Positions 61,161 to 64,000 of a DNA stretch of 64,000 nt are shown here, piece by piece. Under the pieces are notes generated by a model that worked only from the letters and a program-made list of their open reading frames with translations, did not search any database and had not been told where the DNA came from. Location: the NCBI GenBank assembly GCA_963664325.2, contig CAXXDQ010000008.1:160001-224000 (forward strand), given 5' to 3'. Position 1 is the stretch's first letter. Each line of letters starts with the position of its first letter. Made by a program: the position numbers and the translations under genes. This DNA comes from Desulfomonilia bacterium. GTDB taxonomy: Bacteria; Desulfobacterota; Desulfomonilia; UBA1062.

Positions 61161-61800
61161 ATGTTTATCCTGGCAGGCGTCTTTGCAACATCCTTTGTCA
61201 TTGCACTTTCCGGCGCACTTATGCCCGGACCGCTCTTTGCCGTTACCGTTACGTCAAGTGCAAAAAGGGGTGTTATGGCCGGGCCCGTACTCATCCTCGG
61301 GCATGCAATCCTTGAGTTCGTCATGATGCTGGCCCTCCTTTACGGCCTTGCACCGCTGCTGAAAAAAGATGCTGTCTTTGCCGGCATAGCACTCTCGGGT
61401 GCAGCCGTACTCCTGTGGATGGGCTACGGTATGATAAGATCCGCTGCCGGGCCTCAGCGTCAACTGGGATGAGCTGCGCACCGGTGAGCAGGGGAGTCTT
61501 GTTCTGCAAGGCATTGTGATGAGCATGTCCAATCCGTACTGGGCGATATGGTGGGCCACGATCGGGCTCGGGTATATCCTTTACTGCAGAACGCTCGGGC
61601 TCCCCGGGATAGCTGTTTTCTTTGCAGGTCATATAATGGGCGACCTCGTATGGTACTCGCTCGTGGCATTCATCGTTGCGAAAGGCAGGCATCTGCTTAC
61701 TGCAGGCGTGTACCGGCGTCTGATAGGAGCCTGTGCCGCTTTTATTGTTTGTTTTGCATTCTATTTTTTATATTCCGGGATAAAGAGGCTGGTGGGATAG
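61161..61800 (+). CDS. LysE family transporter (frameshift ~61450)
   Basis: ALSGALMPGP, GH..LE, SNPYW.IWW, GH...D..WY. Confidence 0.85.
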
Positions 61801-61927
61801 GATATAAAACTGCATTTTGAAGTATGGTTCATGACAAATTTAACGGGCCGTTTAAAATATATTATCAGGATTTTATCTGGTTTTGTTTGTTTGAAGCCTT
61901 ATTATTATAAAAAAGGAGGAGACATTT

Positions 61928-62395
61928 ATGGAAGACAAGAGACTGAAAGATTATTTGGATATAGCCATTCAAAGGGAAATAGAGGCATTTGAATTCTATT
62001 CTGAACTCGCTAAAAAAGTTGTTGATCTCCAGGCCAGAGATGCACTGGCACTTCTGGCCGGCGAGGAGAAAAAGCACAGGGCCTTTCTGGAAGATTACCT
62101 TAACGGCAGGGTTGCTGCCGGAAGCCTGAGGATGAGCCACGCTGTGGATTACAGGATTGCAGAATATATGGAAAAACCTTCGACAGGTTCTGAAATTAAA
62201 AGCAGCGATGCATATCTGCTGGCAGCGCACAGGGAAAAGGCGTCACATGACTTTTACAAGGCCTTGGCCGACATTCATCCGGACGGACCCGTGAAAGACA
62301 TGCTTCTCCTGATGGCCTCGGAAGAGATGAAGCACAAAGAAAAGGTGGAATACCTCTATTCCAACACTGCTTTTCCGCAAACCGACGGCGGATGA
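61928..62395 (+). CDS. Rubrerythrin/ferritin-like diiron protein
   Basis: AI.RE..A.EFY, EE.KH, A..RE..S.DFY, EE.KH. Confidence 0.88.
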   Translation: MEDKRLKDYLDIAIQREIEAFEFYSELAKKVVDLQARDALALLAGEEKKHRAFLEDYLNGRVAAGSLRMSHAVDYRIAEYMEKPSTGSEIKSSDAYLLAAHREKASHDFYKALADIHPDGPVKDMLLLMASEEMKHKEKVEYLYSNTAFPQTDGG

Positions 62396-62926
62396 TCTCA
62401 GTTTGTTCCATTTGGAAAGCTCATACGAAAGATAAAAGAAGTACATGTGAATGGCGACAAGTGAACTCCGGAAAAGTTGCGTTTTTATAGAATGTACCTG
62501 TATCGATTTTCTTCGGGTATGGGTAAAGTGAAAAGTATGTGATTTAAGATTATTTCAAAGTAAATGAATCCATGGTATATGAGGTTTATAAATAAGCCTG
62601 TTATCTAAAATACTGGTATCCCGGGAGACATATAAATTCTCAGAGTATGTCCGGTCTGACCTTCAGCCTGCCCGATATTATTTGGATATAATAAAAGATA
62701 TTATAATCAACATATTGTGACTCTTTCCTCCGTTTTTTATAAGACAGGCATTTAACAATCTGTTATACTTTGATAAGCTGTAATCCCAAATATGGATGCT
62801 TGGCCGTTACTGGGAAAATGGCTTAAAATACCAACGTCTTGCAAAGGAGTATGATTACGGCTTCTTTAGCTGTATTTGAAAGTATATGAAGTGTACTCCG
62901 GTGTGGATTGGGTCAGGGAGATTGCA

Positions 62927-64000
62927 ATGCCAAAGTGTGTGGCGCTAGTTTCGCTCTTCAACTATGACAATTACGGCCTCAGGTTGTTGATGGCCAAGCT
63001 CGAGAGTAAAGACATACCGGTTACCTTCATTGCCTTCAAACGTCTGACTCAAAAGAGCACCAAAACACTGAAGAACGATCTTACCGAGGCATATGACTGC
63101 CAGAGTGAAGTCCAGGAGAATGAGTTTGAACTTCTTATGTCCGAACTGATGCAGCTCAAACCGGCATTGATCGGAATCAGCCTTCAATCCGCACATGTAC
63201 ATCTGGCCAAACGCATCACCGCTATGATCAAAGAAAAACTGGCAGTACCTGTAATATGGGGCGGGGCGCATCCCACTATCGATCCAGAGGGTTGCCTTGA
63301 GCATGCGGATATGGTGTGCCTGGGTGAAGGAATAGAGGCGCTCCCCGAACTTGCCGGGCGGATACTGAAAAATGAACCCTATAATGACACTGCCAATATC
63401 TGGCTTCGGAACGGAGAGGGGATCATCCGTAATCCGATGCGCGATCCGCTTGAAAATCTCGATGACATGCCATTGCCCGCATATGGTCAAAAAAACAAGA
63501 TATACATCGATGAAGGCAGGCTGCAGCAGGGAAACAGCATCGATTACATCGGATTCGGCCTGCTGGAGGATCCTTACCGCACCATTCACCAGACCATGAC
63601 CGCACTGGGGTGTCCCATGCAATGTTCTTTCTGCATCCACGGACTCAGGCTGGAAAAATACAGGCGCCGAAGCGTTGATAACGTTATCCGGGAGCTTAAA
63701 GAGGTCAAGCAGAATAATCCCTATCTGAAAATGATCTTTTTCTGGGACAATGTCTTCCATGTAGATAAAAAGTGGTGTCTGGAGTTTGCTGAGCGTTACA
63801 AAGCAGAGATTGACTTGCCGTTCTATGCCTATACGCATCCTCTTGCGGCCGACAGGGAGGTTTTTACCTCATTACGCAAAGCCGGATGGGTTTTTACCGT
63901 CATGGGTTTTCAGAGCGGGTGTGAGCAAACCCGCCGGGATGTCTACAACCGCCGCGAAACAAATGCCCAGATAATATCCTCCGCCCGAGAGCTTAACAGG
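62927..64000 (+). CDS. B12-binding radical SAM protein (partial, runs off window)
   Basis: Not in the ORF track. Hand translation: LIGIS, VIWGGAHPT, GEG, NLDDMPLP, GCPMQCSFC, RRSVDNVIRE, G.QSG. Confidence 0.9.
   Translation, partial: MPKCVALVSLFNYDNYGLRLLMAKLESKDIPVTFIAFKRLTQKSTKTLKNDLTEAYDCQSEVQENEFELLMSELMQLKPALIGISLQSAHVHLAKRITAMIKEKLAVPVIWGGAHPTIDPEGCLEHADMVCLGEGIEALPELAGRILKNEPYNDTANIWLRNGEGIIRNPMRDPLENLDDMPLPAYGQKNKIYIDEGRLQQGNSIDYIGFGLLEDPYRTIHQTMTALGCPMQCSFCIHGLRLEKYRRRSVDNVIRELKEVKQNNPYLKMIFFWDNVFHVDKKWCLEFAERYKAEIDLPFYAYTHPLAADREVFTSLRKAGWVFTVMGFQSGCEQTRRDVYNRRETNAQIISSARELNR

Noticed and set aside
62400-62926. Cobalamin riboswitch upstream of the B12 radical SAM gene
   Set aside because: Only fragments (CTGTAA, ACTGGGAA); no full B12-box architecture visible. 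An Rfam scan would settle it.
62945-63838. 297 aa minus-strand ORF
   Set aside because: Antisense shadow of the plus-strand radical SAM gene, which has clear motifs.

Overview
Bacterial chromosomal window, probably from an anaerobic Desulfobacterota/deltaproteobacterium (inferred from gene content). About 13 single-base indels break otherwise intact genes, which points to assembly errors rather than pseudogenes. The main feature is an ammonia-assimilation supercluster: a NifA-like GAF-AAA+-HTH activator, glutamine synthetases I and III, glnD, a four-gene split glutamate synthase operon without gltD, amtB-glnK-asnB and an archaeal-type asparagine synthetase. Six transcription units carry sigma-54 -24/-12 promoters, each with an upstream ACA-N4-TGT-type palindrome, and the same site lies directly before the activator gene. 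No nif or ntrBC genes are in the window, so this may be a PII/GlnD-gated nitrogen regulon run by a NifA-like protein. An accessory block (umuDC, aldolase/kinase, type III R-M, RelE-type TA) splits the cluster. Flanks hold plsB, typA, redox genes, tandem hybrid kinases, an ECF/anti-sigma/VIT-vWA module and a partial B12 radical SAM gene.
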